DNA of 64,000 nt from Gammaproteobacteria bacterium (GTDB lineage: Bacteria; Pseudomonadota; Gammaproteobacteria; Ga0077536). Where the stretch lies: contig OZ244144.1 in assembly GCA_965216305.1 (NCBI GenBank), forward strand, positions 5,324,941 through 5,388,940. The letters are read 5' to 3'. Positions within the stretch are counted from its first letter, which is position 1. Each line of letters begins with the position of its first letter. Shown in pieces: positions 21,234 through 29,201 of this stretch. The notes beneath the pieces were generated by a model. That model made no database searches and was not told where the DNA came from. It saw only the letters and a list, made by a program, of their open reading frames with translations. The position numbers were made by a program, and so were the translations under genes.

Positions 21234-21539
21234 CTACGGTTCGCTGCTGGCCGCGGGCTTCTTCGTCTCGGTGGTTGCGGACTCCGTTTTCTTCGCCGGC
21301 TCCTTCGTATCCGTCTTGGCGCTGTCGCTGGAATCGGTCGTTTTCTTGTCGCCGCTCTTCGTTTTGAAATCGGTCTCGTACCAGCCCGTGCCTTTGAGCC
21401 GGAAACCCACCCGTGATACGAGCTTTTGTAACGCCGCCTTGCCACACGACGGACAGGCGTCCGGGGGACCGTCGGAGACTTTTCGCATGGCCTCGAACTG
21501 ATGGCCGCAATCGTTGCATTGATACTCGTAAATAGGCAT
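21234..21539 (-). CDS. FmdB-family zinc-ribbon protein with low-complexity K/T/S/E tail
   Basis: N-terminus [16 protein letters not shown]...CPSCG (CxxC-x-CxxC). Such a protein is usually found upstream of aspS in gammaproteobacteria. Confidence 0.8.
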   Translation of the reverse strand: MPIYEYQCNDCGHQFEAMRKVSDGPPDACPSCGKAALQKLVSRVGFRLKGTGWYETDFKTKSGDKKTTDSSDSAKTDTKEPAKKTESATTETKKPAASSEP

Positions 21540-21666
21540 GGTTTTTCCAGTGAGTCAGTTAGCGCCAGTGGAAAATACGGTCTCGGTAAAAAATATCAAG
21601 TAGCAGCGTTCAATTCCTGCGGTGCCGGGCAGCGACATCATCGATGCGCGGGCCCGCCCACCGGGC

Positions 21667-21696
21667 TTGGACTGACGCGCGCATTTTCGTTATCAT
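21667..21696 (+). promoter_or_regulatory. Candidate sigma70 promoter for tRNA-Lys (TTGGAC, 18-nt spacer, TATCAT, GC-rich discriminator)
   Basis: The -35 and -10 hexamers and the CGCCGGCC discriminator are read from sequence. The implied leader is about 65 nt before the mature tRNA 5' end. Confidence 0.5.
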
Positions 21697-21768
21697 CGCC
21701 GGCCTTCCCGCGACAGGCCGGCAAATGCCGCACCCTGTCACGGCGAATCGCGGCGACAAATCCGCTCA

Positions 21769-21844
21769 GGGCCGTTAGCTCAGCTGGTAGAGCACCGGAC
21801 TTTTAATCCGATGGTCGTAGGTTCGATCCCTACACGGCCCACCA
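21769..21844 (+). tRNA. tRNA-Lys (anticodon UUU)
   Basis: Cloverleaf with acceptor stem GGGCCGT/ACGGCCC, D arm GCTC..GAGC, anticodon loop CTTTTAA, T arm GGTTCGATCC, encoded CCA. Close to E. coli tRNA-Lys. Confidence 0.93.
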
Positions 21845-21910
21845 TCCCTCGTTCGCTCAATCACAAAACGGCATCATTGCGGGCCGGCAGCGCCTGCGGG
21901 CTCGTCACCA

Positions 21911-21946
21911 GCAAAAAAGCCGGCGCTGTGGCCGGCTTTTTTTTGC
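21911..21946. terminator. Bidirectional rho-independent terminator
   Basis: Hairpin GCAAAAAAGCCGGC-gctgtg-GCCGGCTTTTTTTTGC, with A-run and T-run arms. Downstream of tRNA-Lys on the + strand and of the small membrane gene on the - strand. Confidence 0.8.
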
Positions 21947-21986
21947 AATCCGGGGAATCCGGTTGCTGCCAGTAGGGCGGCTTCGA

Positions 21987-22304
21987 TTACGCGGCCTTGC
22001 TGAACTTGCCTTCGGTGACGTTGCTCGGCGCGGACATCGTAACCGCGGGCGAGCTGCTCGGCCGTTGCGCACGCAGCGTTTTCGGGTCCGGGGTGTCGAT
22101 GATAACCCGGGTCATCTCCAGGATCCGGCCGACGGTGAAACTGCTCAGTCCGAGGGCAAGAAACCCGTGGAACGTGTTGAACAGCATGCCTTCGGGGACC
22201 ACGTGGGTGAACCACAGGATCCCGGCGAGGGCGAAAGCGGCGACGCCGAGCGCGGCGACACCAATGAAATCAAGGATGGACGATAAGCGAAACGGTTTAT
22301 TCAT
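21987..22304 (-). CDS. Small hypothetical membrane protein (two predicted TM helices)
   Basis: 105 aa with an ATG start. Hydrophobic stretches ILDFIGVAALGVAAFALAGILWF and HGFLALGLSSF. Lies between the soxA 3' AT-rich spacer and the terminator. No recognisable family. Confidence 0.45.
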   Translation of the reverse strand: MNKPFRLSSILDFIGVAALGVAAFALAGILWFTHVVPEGMLFNTFHGFLALGLSSFTVGRILEMTRVIIDTPDPKTLRAQRPSSSPAVTMSAPSNVTEGKFSKAA

Positions 22305-22502
22305 TCTTTGCCTGTGAGCTCTTCTTATTTATCTTCGTTTTTATGTTCGCGGGCCGGCTTTTTTTATCCAGCCTCTGCGTGAGGTCGGGAGCAATCATAC
22401 GCTGCCAATCGCGGATTTCTGTGAACTGCACCGCACTCAACCCGCGGGGGCGGGCATTTAACACAATTTTTACATTCTGCCGCAAGCCTCAAGCGGTGGC
22501 TG

Positions 22503-23360
22503 TCAGCGGTGGATTCCCGGTCCGCTCATGGGCAGGCCCTGGCTCATGAGCGCAAGGAAATATTCGAGCTCGCGGTAAGCGCGGCTTTGCGGATATTCCG
22601 GATCCGCCCGCACCTGCTCGAGGCAGCCAACGAAGCGCTGGTGCAAGGTTCCGAGCGCGCCCCAGCTGAGACCATAGACCGGATAATGATTCACGGCCCC
22701 GAGCAAGGGCGCCAGCGTTTGCTCACGCAGATGGCGGCCGGCCGCGGTGACGTGGCAATCGGCACATGACAGATTCAACTGGCCGCGCTTCACATAAAAG
22801 TACGCTTTGCCGGCCGCGTAAGCCGATTTGGCCGCCGGCGTATCCGGCGGCGGCACGTCACGGCGGCGGCCGCGCGCGGCAAAATTCAAATGCGCAAGGA
22901 CTTTTGTCAGGGTCCCCTCGCGGTAACTGTAAGCTTGCTCGCCATGGCGTTTGCGGCAATCGTTGATCGCGAGCGGCAGGGTGACGACGCGCGCGGTGGT
23001 CGGATCGAAGTACGGATACTGATGCACGCCGCGTTCGTCGAGGCGCAGACACTCAAGCAGCGATGCCCCGTCCGCGAATCGTGCTTGAGCGAGTTCCGCA
23101 CCTTCATCCAGGACGAACTCATAAGGCGGAAACTCGTTGATCTCGGCGTATTGGGCTGCAAGCGCACGATCGATGGCGTAAACCCCGAGCACGTAATTAT
23201 CAAGCGCGACGGCAGGGAACCGCTGTTGATACATCTCGACGAAGGCTTCGCGATCAGCGGCGACGTCAACCGGAGGCGCCGCAGCGGCGCTGGTCGCAAG
23301 CGCCAGCCAGCAACTCGCGGCTAACAATATCGCCACCAGGGGCAATTGCGGACTCGTCAC
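22503..23360 (-). CDS. soxA: Sulfur-oxidation c-type cytochrome SoxA (monoheme type)
   Basis: Signal peptide, single haem motif CADCH, and SoxA-like sequence (YFYVKRGQLNLSCADCH). GTG start overlaps the soxZ stop (GTGA). Confidence 0.85.
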   Translation of the reverse strand: MTSPQLPLVAILLAASCWLALATSAAAAPPVDVAADREAFVEMYQQRFPAVALDNYVLGVYAIDRALAAQYAEINEFPPYEFVLDEGAELAQARFADGASLLECLRLDERGVHQYPYFDPTTARVVTLPLAINDCRKRHGEQAYSYREGTLTKVLAHLNFAARGRRRDVPPPDTPAAKSAYAAGKAYFYVKRGQLNLSCADCHVTAAGRHLREQTLAPLLGAVNHYPVYGLSWGALGTLHQRFVGCLEQVRADPEYPQSRAYRELEYFLALMSQGLPMSGPGIHR

Positions 23361-23677
23361 AAGCGTGTTTTGAACTCGTCCGTCGCGCCCTGGTTGTCGC
23401 GCCAGCGCACGCTGAGTTCATCGCCTTCGGCCGCACCACTGAACGTGAAGGACAAATAGGGATTGCGTGCCACCCCTGCACCCCAGTGACCCAGCATGAC
23501 GATCTCGCCATTGTGCGTGCAGCTGATTTCCTTGATGAAATGCGGCGCGACACGCGTACCGTCTTCGAGTTTGCCGCCGACGTCCATCGGATGTTTCACG
23601 AGCAGACGCACGGTCGCGATATCCGCGTTGAGCCCGGTACGGATTTTGATCGTCCCGGCCACGCCTACACGCCGCAC
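23357..23677 (-). CDS. soxZ: Thiosulfate oxidation carrier complex protein SoxZ
   Basis: Sequence TIKIRTGLNADIATVRLLVKHPMDVGG...SFTFSGAAEGDELSVRW resembles the SoxZ family. Probable GTG start at 23677 or 23662; the ORF track starts at 23755. Confidence 0.8.
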   Translation of the reverse strand: MRRVGVAGTIKIRTGLNADIATVRLLVKHPMDVGGKLEDGTRVAPHFIKEISCTHNGEIVMLGHWGAGVARNPYLSFTFSGAAEGDELSVRWRDNQGATDEFKTRL

Positions 23678-24150
23678 CCACCGATCGTGACTTCGATCGA
23701 TTTCTGCGCGCGATAGCAACCCTGCGCCGTCTCGACGACGGCGACGACATCGCACGATTCAGCCAGTTTTATCCGCGTTGCAACGAAACCTTGCGTACGT
23801 GGCGCGCAGACGAATGTCGCGACCAGCGGCACCGGATTCGCGCTCGCGATAAGGGAAATGGAGCGTAGATCCGTGAGCTCCGTCGTCACCTTGATCGGAA
23901 CCACCGCGCCATTCTCGGCCAGATCCGCCGCCGCCACTCGCACCGCATCGCTCTCGATTATGCGCTGGCCGGGATACAGCTCGGCCAGGGTCGCCGCCAC
24001 CGTGTCGGCCCGAAACGCGGCAACCGGCCGCGCCATCAACGCGGCCGCCCACCCCAGCGGGGACGCGAGCAGGCCACCGATGAATGCGGCGAGCAATCGT
24101 CGGCGCGATATCGACGGTGAGGCGGCGGGCTTGCGCAAAAGGCGTTTCAT
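23665..24150 (-). CDS. soxY: Thiosulfate oxidation carrier protein SoxY (Tat signal, C-terminal Cys arm)
   Basis: Twin-arginine signal SRRRLLAAFIGG. The C-terminus VTIGGCGV* carries the substrate Cys but ends in Val rather than the canonical GGCGG. Confidence 0.85.
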   Translation of the reverse strand: MKRLLRKPAASPSISRRRLLAAFIGGLLASPLGWAAALMARPVAAFRADTVAATLAELYPGQRIIESDAVRVAAADLAENGAVVPIKVTTELTDLRSISLIASANPVPLVATFVCAPRTQGFVATRIKLAESCDVVAVVETAQGCYRAQKSIEVTIGGCGV

Positions 24151-24151
24151 G

Positions 24152-24493
24152 TCACAGCGAATACAGAAAATCGACTACGGCCTCGATCTCCTCACGCGTG
24201 AGAATTTCGTGGCGGCCGTAAGGCGGCATCAATGACCCTGCATTGAAGCGACCGGGATCCCAAAGTTGCGCCACGAGACGTGCACGATCGGGAAAGCGTT
24301 CTCGCATTTCCGCCAGAGCAGGCCCGATGTCGCCCATTTGCGTGCCACCGGCGATTACGTGGCAGGCGAGGCAATTACCCTTGTCGCGTGCGAATGCGAG
24401 CGTTCGGCCCGGCTCGGGTTCGGCTGCCGATCCGGTTCCGTACCATACCGACAACAGCACAAGAAAGCCGGCGCAAGGTCTCAGCCGCGACAT
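24152..24493 (-). CDS. soxX: Monoheme cytochrome c SoxX
   Basis: Signal peptide MSRLRPCAGFLVLLSVWYGTGSA and haem motif CLACH; about 113 aa. Start re-called to ATG 24493 from the track's 24595. Confidence 0.8.
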   Translation of the reverse strand: MSRLRPCAGFLVLLSVWYGTGSAAEPEPGRTLAFARDKGNCLACHVIAGGTQMGDIGPALAEMRERFPDRARLVAQLWDPGRFNAGSLMPPYGRHEILTREEIEAVVDFLYSL

Positions 24494-24503
24494 GCGTGCA
24501 AAC

Positions 24504-26015
24504 TCAGCGCCGGCGTTTCTCGCGCTCTTTATCTCGCGCGACGGTACCTTTCTCAAGTTGCGCGAGTTCATCATTGATTTCGTCGAGTCGCGCATCTATC
24601 CGCAGCCGGTGGTAATTGGACAATTCCGGGACGTCCTGCGCCAGGCGAAGCTGGCGCATGGCCAGGCGTAATTCGCCGAGCGAACGATAGTATTCCGACA
24701 AACTGAAATGCGAGTTCGCGCGTTCACCAAGCCGGCTCTCAGCTTCGGCGAGCAGCTTGTACATCTTCGGATCGCCGCGGCCGGCAAACGGCAGGTTGCG
24801 CAGCTGCTTCTTGGCGACATCCGGTTTGTTGGCCAGGATCAGCAAATTGATATAGCCATAGGCCGCCGCGCGGCTGTTCGGGTTATCGCGGTAGAGGCTT
24901 GCGTATTGCGTCAATGCCTCGTCGATATTGCCGGCCTCGAACTCAATATTGGCCGCGGCGAGGCGGAACGCGAGGATATTCGGTTGCTCAAGCAGCAACT
25001 TCGCCACCTCGATACGGGCCCGGTCGAACGCGTTCGACGCGGTCAGGGCCAGAACATACCCGTAGCGGGCAATGCTCGGATGCATCGTGCCGCCGTTCGC
25101 GAGGGCGGTCTTGTAGAAACGCTTCGCGGCTGCGGGGTCGGTGGCGCCGAGCACGTCGAGCTTCGCGCGCACGAGGTGGTAGTCGTAGCTGTCTTCGCGG
25201 ATTGGCGTCGGACCGAGGCGCTCGGCGCGTTCGCGCGCCTCGGCGATCCGGTTAACGGTGACCGGGTGTGTACGCAGTATTTCCGGAATGAAGTCGGGGT
25301 CGGTATAACGACTCGCGGTCTGCAGACGCTGGAAGAAATCGCCCATCGAATACGTGTTGAAACCGGCTTCATGTAACAGCTGGATGCCGATGCGGTCGGC
25401 CTCGCGTTCGTTCGCGCGGGTGAAGTTGATCTGGCGTTGGGCATTGATCGCCTGCACTCCCATGAGCGCGCCCATGCCGGCTTCCGGGTTCATCGCCGCG
25501 ATCGCCACCGCGCCAAGCAGCGCCGCCATCGCGGGGATACTTGTGCGCTGCTGCGCTTCGATCATGCGCGCGGTGTGGCGTTGGGTGATGTGGACAATTT
25601 CGTGCGCCAGGACGGAAGCGACTTCACTTTCGCTCTTCGATTCGAGGATCAATGCCGCGTGCACACCAATAAAGCCGCCGGGAACCGCAAACGCGTTGAT
25701 TCCCCGCGCATTCAGCATGAAAAACGTGAATTCACCGTCATAGCCGGACAGTTCGCCGAGACTCTCACCGAGATTCTGGATGTAGTCCTCGATCTCCTCG
25801 TCATCGATGATCGGCGCGTAGCGTCGCATCTGGCGCATGAAACCCTCGCCGAGCTGCTTTTCCTGTTCCGGCGAAATAATCGCGCCGGAGGAATCGCCAA
25901 AGTCCGGCAGGGCTTCCGTTTCGGTCAGCGCCAGGGCGGGATTGCTCGCAATCAGTGCGGCGAGGACGGCGCCGCGAAGGCGTCTGGCGGAAGGATGTCG
26001 TCGCTTGCGTGTCAC
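24504..26015 (-). CDS. bepA: BepA-like M48 zinc metalloprotease with C-terminal TPR domain
   Basis: Signal peptide, HEIVHITQRH (HExxH) and TPR repeats; 503 aa. GTG start. Confidence 0.82.
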   Translation of the reverse strand: MTRKRRHPSARRLRGAVLAALIASNPALALTETEALPDFGDSSGAIISPEQEKQLGEGFMRQMRRYAPIIDDEEIEDYIQNLGESLGELSGYDGEFTFFMLNARGINAFAVPGGFIGVHAALILESKSESEVASVLAHEIVHITQRHTARMIEAQQRTSIPAMAALLGAVAIAAMNPEAGMGALMGVQAINAQRQINFTRANEREADRIGIQLLHEAGFNTYSMGDFFQRLQTASRYTDPDFIPEILRTHPVTVNRIAEARERAERLGPTPIREDSYDYHLVRAKLDVLGATDPAAAKRFYKTALANGGTMHPSIARYGYVLALTASNAFDRARIEVAKLLLEQPNILAFRLAAANIEFEAGNIDEALTQYASLYRDNPNSRAAAYGYINLLILANKPDVAKKQLRNLPFAGRGDPKMYKLLAEAESRLGERANSHFSLSEYYRSLGELRLAMRQLRLAQDVPELSNYHRLRIDARLDEINDELAQLEKGTVARDKEREKRRR

Positions 26016-26401
26016 TGCGCGTTTCCGTTTTTCGATGAATCCGTGAGCAGGCCTCGTGGCGCTGCCCGCATGCTCAGGGAGCCCCTGAATAAATCCGGGT
26101 CGGGCAGATTGCGCCAGGGCGGTCCGGGATCAACGCGTGCTTCGCAACGCATGATTCGAGTCGACCGGGTGCAAGATGCCGGGTCATGAACTGTTCCGTG
26201 GCTCCTTAGGCCGGGCACAGACCATTGAGTTCCTTCGGGCGCGGCCGCGGTCATGGTGCATAATTCGCTGGACCAGTTGTCCGCATGCGTCGTGCCGGGA
26301 TCGGATCCCCAGTATGGCGTCCCGGGCGAGGAACCCCCAGCGGGTTTACGGAATTTTACCGGGTACAGGCCCGTTCACGACCAGCTAGCTTAGGAGTAAC
26401 G

Positions 26402-27667
26402 ATGGGACGACGCAATGCATTCTACGCCCAGTCCGGCGGGGTTACCGCCGTTATCAATGCCAGCGCGTGCGGCGTAATCGAGACCGCACGCGCGCACAGC
26501 GATCGGATAGGCAATGTGATTGCGGGGCGCAACGGGATTATCGGCGCACTGACGGAAGACCTGATCGATACCTCGGCCGAATCCGCAGAGGCGATCGCGG
26601 CACTGCGACATACCCCGTCCGGGGCATTTGGCTCGTGCCGTTACAAGCTGAAAGGCGTGGATGAAAATCAGGCCGAGTACGAGCGCCTGCTCGAAGTATT
26701 CGCCGCTCATGATATCGGCTACTTTTTCTACAACGGTGGGGGTGATTCACAGGACACGACAAACAAGATCGCCCAACTGAGCCGCGAACGCGGTTATCCG
26801 CTCACCTGTGTCGGGATCCCGAAGACGGTGGACAATGACCTTCCCATCACGGACAACTGCCCCGGCTTCGGCTCCGTAGCGAAATATGTCGCCGTGTCGA
26901 TTCGTGAGGCGGGTTTCGACGTCGCCTCAATGGCAAAGACCTCGACGAAGGTTTTCGTCATGGAGGTGATGGGCCGCCACGCGGGCTGGATCGCCGCCGC
27001 CGGCGGTCTTGCCCAGGAGCAGGCTGGCGACCCGCCACACCTGATCCTGTTTCCTGAAATCGCCTTCGACGAAGACGACTTCGTCGCCCGCGTCGACGAA
27101 TGTGTCGCAAATTATGGTTATTGCGCCATTGTCGTGTCGGAAGGCCTGCGCAACAGCGAAGGTAAATTCGTCGCCGACGCCGGCACCCGCGACGCGTTCG
27201 GGCATGCGCAACTCGGCGGGGTAGCGCCCGTGATCGCCGAGCTGCTGAAGCAGAGACTGGGCCTGAAATACCACTGGGCTGTGGCCGATTACCTGCAACG
27301 CGCGGCGCGTCACATCGCCTCGAAAACGGATGTCGAGCAGGCTTATGCGCTGGGGCGCGCGGCGGTCGAGATGGCGCTGGCGGGCAAGTCCGCTGTGATG
27401 CCGACGATCGTGCGCACGAGCGATGAACCCTATACCTGGGAGATCGGAGAAGCCCGCCTCGAGGATGTGGCGAACGTCGAGAAGATGATGCCTCGTGATT
27501 ACATAACAGCGGACGGCTACGGCATTACCGCGGCATGCCGGCGTTATCTGAGCCCGCTCATTGCCGGCGAGGATTACCCGCCGTACCGCAACGGCCTGCC
27601 CGATTACGTACGCCTGAACAATGCGCCGCTCGCGAAGAAGCTCGCGCAGGAATTCGCGCTCGATTGA
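26402..27667 (+). CDS. pfp: 6-phosphofructokinase, probably pyrophosphate-dependent (PPi-PFK/Pfp group)
   Basis: Motifs GGVTAVINAS, NGGGDSQDT and PKTVDNDL. ATG 26402 preceded by TAGGAGTAACG; the track start at 26285 is an over-extension. Confidence 0.82.
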   Translation: MGRRNAFYAQSGGVTAVINASACGVIETARAHSDRIGNVIAGRNGIIGALTEDLIDTSAESAEAIAALRHTPSGAFGSCRYKLKGVDENQAEYERLLEVFAAHDIGYFFYNGGGDSQDTTNKIAQLSRERGYPLTCVGIPKTVDNDLPITDNCPGFGSVAKYVAVSIREAGFDVASMAKTSTKVFVMEVMGRHAGWIAAAGGLAQEQAGDPPHLILFPEIAFDEDDFVARVDECVANYGYCAIVVSEGLRNSEGKFVADAGTRDAFGHAQLGGVAPVIAELLKQRLGLKYHWAVADYLQRAARHIASKTDVEQAYALGRAAVEMALAGKSAVMPTIVRTSDEPYTWEIGEARLEDVANVEKMMPRDYITADGYGITAACRRYLSPLIAGEDYPPYRNGLPDYVRLNNAPLAKKLAQEFALD

Positions 27668-27676
27668 ACGAGCGGT

Positions 27677-28279
27677 TCACAAGGCGGTTTGCGTCAGTGC
27701 AGTGGCGATCCCGGCGCGCGTGAGCTCGGCGAAGGTTTCCATCAGCGGTAATCCGACAACGTTCGAATAACTGCCGTCGATGCGTTCGACGAAGGCACCG
27801 GCCAGACCCTGGATGGCGTAGGCACCAGCTTTGTCGCACGGCTCACCGGTGTCCCAGTACGCCGCGATTTCGGCCTGTTCGAGCGCACGAAATTTCACCC
27901 GAGTTCGCACCGCGATGACGCTCGCGGCGCGATGGACAAGCGCAACCCCGGTATAGACCTCGTGCCAGCGACCCGACAGCGCACCGAGAATGGCGACCGC
28001 CGCGGTGAAATCCGCTGGCTTGCCAATGATGCGGTCGTCGATGACAACGGCCGTGTCCGCGCCGAGTACGGGCTCGACCCGTCCGCGGCGACCACACACG
28101 GTTTCGGCTTTGGCGAGCGCGAGGCGGCGAACGTAATCGTTCGGCGCCTCGTCCACGCGTTCGCGCTCGTCAATATCAGCCGCATCGACCGTGTAACTGA
28201 CCCCCAACTGATCGAGCAAGGCCGCGCGGCGCGGCGATGCGGAGGCGAGGACGAGTCTGGTCGTCGTTATGTCAGGCAT
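27677..28279 (-). CDS. maf: Maf-like nucleoside triphosphate pyrophosphatase
   Basis: N-terminus LVLASASPRRAALLDQLGV; 200 aa. Confidence 0.9.
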   Translation of the reverse strand: MPDITTTRLVLASASPRRAALLDQLGVSYTVDAADIDERERVDEAPNDYVRRLALAKAETVCGRRGRVEPVLGADTAVVIDDRIIGKPADFTAAVAILGALSGRWHEVYTGVALVHRAASVIAVRTRVKFRALEQAEIAAYWDTGEPCDKAGAYAIQGLAGAFVERIDGSYSNVVGLPLMETFAELTRAGIATALTQTAL

Positions 28280-28333
28280 TTCGACCTCGGGCGAACGAGC
28301 GAAACCTATTGCGACGGTGCGGCAACGGGGCGC

Positions 28334-28795
28334 TCATTCGCGATGATACGGATGCTGGTTGAGTACGCTCCATGCGCGATAGATCTGCTCGACGAGAATC
28401 ACGCGCACGAGCTGGTGCGGTAAGGTCAGGGCGGATAACGACCAGGTGCAATCGGCCTCTTCAAGCAACGACGGCGCAAGACCGGCGGCGCCGCCGATCA
28501 AACACACGACATCGCCGTGGGCGCCGCGCCAGCCGTCGAGTTTGTCCGCGAACGCGAGCGTCGACCATGCGCTGCCGCGCTCGTCCAGCGCAACCGTATA
28601 GGCCTTGCGCGGCATCGCCCGCCGCAATCTCGCCGCTTCCTTGTCGAGGCTGAGCGCGCGGTTCGACAATGCGGCGGGGGCTACCTCGGTGATCGTCACA
28701 GCGAGTTGGCCGGTCAGCCGCTTCAGATACTCCTGCGACGCCCGCGCGACCCAATCGCTCGGACGTTTGCTGACGCACAGTATGTGCAGACGCAT
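28334..28795 (-). CDS. rlmH: 23S rRNA (pseudouridine1915-N3)-methyltransferase RlmH
   Basis: N-terminus MRLHILCVSKRPSDWV, SPOUT fold, 153 aa. In the conserved nadD-rsfS-rlmH array. Confidence 0.92.
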   Translation of the reverse strand: MRLHILCVSKRPSDWVARASQEYLKRLTGQLAVTITEVAPAALSNRALSLDKEAARLRRAMPRKAYTVALDERGSAWSTLAFADKLDGWRGAHGDVVCLIGGAAGLAPSLLEEADCTWSLSALTLPHQLVRVILVEQIYRAWSVLNQHPYHRE

Positions 28796-28828
28796 GGTGG
28801 TTGCGGCGAGAACCCGAAAAACCGGAAC

Positions 28829-29200
28829 TCACGAATCGACGGTGGCCGAAGTGCCCGACGCAACATCGGCACGTTCCCACAATTTTTCGAGCTGGTAATG
28901 GTCGCGGGTTTCGGGCCGCATCGTGTGCACGATGACGTCGCCGAAATCGATCAGCACCCAGTCCCCGACATTCTCACCTTCAACCCCGAGCGGGCGCATG
29001 TTCTGGTCGCGGGCCGCTTCGAGCACGCGATCCTTCAACGCTTTTACCTGTCGTACCGAGCGACCGGAGGCGACGATCATGTAATCAGTTATCGACGTCA
29101 GGCCACGCACATCAAGCACGCGAATGTCCTCGGCTTTGCCCTCGTCGAGCGAATTCGCGAGCAGATCGCGCAAGGTTTCGGGGTCGAGTTCGGCTGTCAT
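28829..29200 (-). CDS. rsfS: Ribosomal silencing factor RsfS
   Basis: Motif DIRVLDVRGLTSITDYMIVASG; 123 aa. Confidence 0.92.
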   Translation of the reverse strand: MTAELDPETLRDLLANSLDEGKAEDIRVLDVRGLTSITDYMIVASGRSVRQVKALKDRVLEAARDQNMRPLGVEGENVGDWVLIDFGDVIVHTMRPETRDHYQLEKLWERADVASGTSATVDS

Positions 29201-29201
29201 A

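Noticed and set aside
22297-22485. 62-aa K-rich ORF in the soxA downstream spacer, overlapping the small membrane gene start
   Set aside because: It starts with TTG and has no SD. Its lysine richness simply reflects the A-rich spacer, which is more likely a promoter or terminator than coding.
21769-26015. Possible genomic island integrated at tRNA-Lys carrying sox
   Set aside because: There is no integrase or transposase, no repeat of the tRNA 3' end, and no visible compositional shift. The junctions to neighbouring housekeeping genes are tight. This is left only as a comparative check in the findings.
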